Shown one piece after another: positions 12,801 through 13,989 of a stretch of 13,989 bases of DNA (its first letter is position 1; every line of letters begins with the position of its first letter). Both the position numbers and the translations under genes were made by a program. The DNA is from a virus. Its lineage: Duplodnaviria; Heunggongvirae; Uroviricota; Caudoviricetes. The notes under the pieces are model-generated. The model was not told where the DNA came from. It was given only the letters and a program-made list of their open reading frames with translations, and did no database searches. The stretch lies in IMG/VR virus record IMGVR_UViG_3300043313_000558. One strand, given 5' to 3'.

Positions 12801-13086
12801 GGGGCTGCTCGGCGTGGTGCAGCTCTTCCCAGTTGGTATCCCAGTCGTCCTTTCGGATGACCATCCGCTTGGAGACTTCCTCGCGCAGAGCAGGCTGAAG
12901 GTCATCCATCAGCGACTTCTGAACTTCCTCGACGTGACGGTCGAGAGTGCGCCGGTTGTTCTCGATGTCCTGCTTGTGGACCTCGTACACGAAAAACTGC
13001 GCGAACATCTGCGCCTCATCGGGGTCCATGCCCGACATCGACTTGGTGATCCACTGCGCCACTTCGTGGTTAAAGAAATCGTCCAT
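9859..13086 (-). CDS. Large probable internal virion protein, 1075 aa, with a degenerate JAB/MPN-like domain and long helical regions
   Basis: Start moved from 13509 to ATG 13086 (SD AGGAGG at 13097-13092, 5-nt spacing), because the longer frame overlaps the fibre gene and reads as shadow sequence. Coupled to the MuF gene by TGATG. Domain call is by eye. Confidence 0.75.
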   Translation of the reverse strand: MDDFFNHEVAQWITKSMSGMDPDEAQMFAQFFVYEVHKQDIENNRRTLDRHVEEVQKSLMDDLQPALREEVSKRMVIRKDDWDTNWEELHHAEQPRGKGGKWVRIGATGPSVHYERGKGPKSYAKPRQQGEERPGIDVTGALNRTGKAGSSFAERWTEQGPNDHRTNERTYRRVAAGAELLGHLPGEHAKLASQVGQFAGQFGPEAEKVIGPAARRTAYRYRGTEREPDKQLARYHEQAKGTLRKRTFSDRDFNRVGGTPELTDEQNMAAAEDASVGYLVKRLPSKRLADLQLNSGKIPPSEGVIINSEGEIVTQAVGYQEDHYLPFNLKNLKGLKGGAYVRTRSSGGLTSEDIYTGLVGGARSVTVVSRSGVFTLDFDDHLRGGRRYSDKARQMVGRYAQTLDAVKSGKVAQRKLTPGERGEIRDDVETELEGQGYSKTEIEAKIAEREREFMANPRLTKGEIQDIEDAAVQATHSYDASKVSPGSERMPSDPKLRYKAYYSDMYDQAMEGKSKRMYQLDADGYEAAMQALQEQFPYFVQRVEVKKIPRGAGEKDTGYVRPNYNRPEAAREGYYDPKIQGLKGESGKFSASEMHYQNARHQGPSEVHENAAEGETKVEANAPKGQRARDARERVADEERRNAAVGALATEAARIWTDIDAEERDSLKMLAKFKANPDLELFSTAEVSKLMDELDHVTDLAGRSKESEWKAIHASLDDLRTTAKKAEGRLQSRNPFDQSTWDPSFVNPHPQRWAKVPAHSPDAENPQVYAQEWNRALQEHELGKFVSPNDNDDILRAHQTRWSRANLAARKMSENPGDEKSWTELETSLTKVGMGDTMIEDLRTEVFDKGNKAALAKVVENTEKKAKGLIRLRSVKAAAGDAPLTGPSTPPAGSVVQSQVVARTEKLQHGKSPHETEDRSSVDVDALIKDMEVSTNHPDAPQDHKNAVKAVRQAFAQGSSAEQMAAVEKLPSIYSHASQALMRHISQAPISAKSQLSDKVLDRTAADVKGYIKTSQLSTEEAENLKDLASAIEYRDHKAMFSAMQKLPKGFEEDYGPEVETILRALRAEDPDWEG

Positions 13087-13130
13087 GAAAGCCTCCTGGG
13101 TCCATCCTCCCGGGCGTAGCCAGTGAGGCC

Positions 13131-13989
13131 TTACGCGTCGGCGGGGAAGGGAGCCACGGTGATCGAGGTCCACTGCGCGACCAGGCCATACATCCCGCTG
13201 ACGTTCCCGGTCAGCTGAACGTCGATACGGGCGGTCGCGCCACCCGGCGAGCAGACCGTCGCGTTCATATGGTCGAAAGGCGGCCGGAACCCCACTGGCA
13301 GAGTACCCATCACGGTCTGGTTGGCGATCGTGCCGTTTTTGAGCAGCCCTCGCACATAGACGATCCCACCGACCTTGCGGAACGACGCGGGCGGATAGGT
13401 ACCCGAGGTCACGTAGTCCACCCAGCCGTTGGACAGCGGCAGCGGGATCCAGCCGGTGTCGCAGTACGGGCTGTTGTCGATCTTGGTCACCGAGAAGTCG
13501 TCGAAGCACACCGTGGAGCCGGTGCTGGGCAGGTTGTTGAAGACCCGGAAAGCGGCCCGGGTGACCCCAGCCGGGATCGGACCGACGATCAGGAAGACCT
13601 GGTACCAGGTGCTGGCGGCGGCCAGGTTCCTGTTCTCGAACTGGAAGGCGGTGTTGGTGGGCAGCATGGTCGCGTTGTTGTGGCCCGGATACTCGGTCAG
13701 GGCATCGTCACTACCCCCGACCAGGCGCACATAGAGGCTCAAGGCCCCGGCGGTGGTCTTGGCCGCCCAACAGGAAGCCAGGTAGTACTGCCCCTCTTCG
13801 ACGTCGAAGTTCGGACCCAGTGCACTGACCGTGTTGGTCGGTGACCCGGCGCTGGAGGTGGACAGTCGCAGCGACTGTGCGCCGCTGTGAACCAGGGTGC
13901 CATCCAGAACACAGGCGATCGCACCACCGGCACCCAAGGCGGTGCTGGCGATCCGGTACTGGTCGGAGTACAACGAGAAGTCGCTGATG
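13131..13989 (-). CDS. Fibre / receptor-binding minor structural protein, 3' part (5' end outside the window)
   Basis: The frame stays open past the TTG at 13973 to the window edge. A jelly-roll carbohydrate-binding-like segment ('GAQSLRL...YYLASCWA...WYQV....P.G...A.F........CFDDFSV') is followed by the C-terminal 'DTGW..L.L.NGW....FRKVGGIVYVRG.....GTLPVGFRP' domain common in phage fibres. Confidence 0.8.
   Translation of the reverse strand, partial: ISDFSLYSDQYRIASTALGAGGAIACVLDGTLVHSGAQSLRLSTSSAGSPTNTVSALGPNFDVEEGQYYLASCWAAKTTAGALSLYVRLVGGSDDALTEYPGHNNATMLPTNTAFQFENRNLAAASTWYQVFLIVGPIPAGVTRAAFRVFNNLPSTGSTVCFDDFSVTKIDNSPYCDTGWIPLPLSNGWVDYVTSGTYPPASFRKVGGIVYVRGLLKNGTIANQTVMGTLPVGFRPPFDHMNATVCSPGGATARIDVQLTGNVSGMYGLVAQWTSITVAPFPADA

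Larger units (their letters stand above)
1..13989 (-). mobile_element. Tailed bacteriophage (or prophage) virion head/neck gene module, probably actinobacteriophage
   Basis: Contiguous co-oriented genes for MuF-like protein, prohead protease, scaffold, decoration protein, major capsid, adaptor and stopper. No host housekeeping genes. High-GC codon usage. Whether it is a free phage or a prophage cannot be told from this window. Confidence 0.95.

Noticed and set aside
10693-13119. 808-aa plus-strand ORF (also 4414-5496, 6843-7982, 3238-3864 and other long plus-strand ORFs)
   Set aside because: Antisense shadows of real minus-strand genes, expected with strong G/C third-position bias. They lack SDs and protein-like motifs and are rich in L/V/G/R.
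13087-13509. 141-aa N-terminal extension of the large ORF given by the track
   Set aside because: It overlaps the fibre gene in another frame and reads as Arg-rich shadow sequence. A strong AGGAGG supports ATG 13086.
1-13989. tRNA, rRNA, CRISPR array, intron or intein
   Set aside because: Intergenic gaps are too short and contain no cloverleaf or spaced repeats. No intein terminal motifs or frame-disrupted genes were seen.

Overview
GC-rich tailed-phage DNA, probably from an actinobacteriophage (inferred from the strong G/C third-position bias, SD usage and capsid type). The window holds one translationally coupled minus-strand head-morphogenesis operon. In transcription order: a partial fibre/receptor-binding gene (carbohydrate-binding-like jelly roll plus C-terminal 'DTGW...TLPVGFRP' domain), a 1075-aa probable internal virion protein with a degenerate JAB-like domain, a MuF/gp7-like protein with a long C-terminal extension, an XkdF-type prohead protease with a hydrophobic N-terminal extension, a 543-aa basic glycine-zipper protein, a scaffold with a nested internal start, a decoration protein, the major capsid protein, a hairpin, a 30-aa membrane peptide missed by the ORF track, three small proteins, a head-tail adaptor and a stopper. 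An antisense HNH endonuclease sits at the stopper/next-gene junction, flanked by an imperfect duplication of that junction. The most interesting signal is an apparent capsid cargo-loading and processing system. The protease fold looks split over two genes. [ILV]-[AST]-K motifs are dense in the scaffold and recur in non-shell head proteins but are nearly absent from shell proteins. Four short acidic leaders end in [IV]-[ST]-K. A set of basic, Gly/Ala-rich hydrophobic modules would be released by such cleavage. All family assignments come from motif recognition by eye; no database searches were run.
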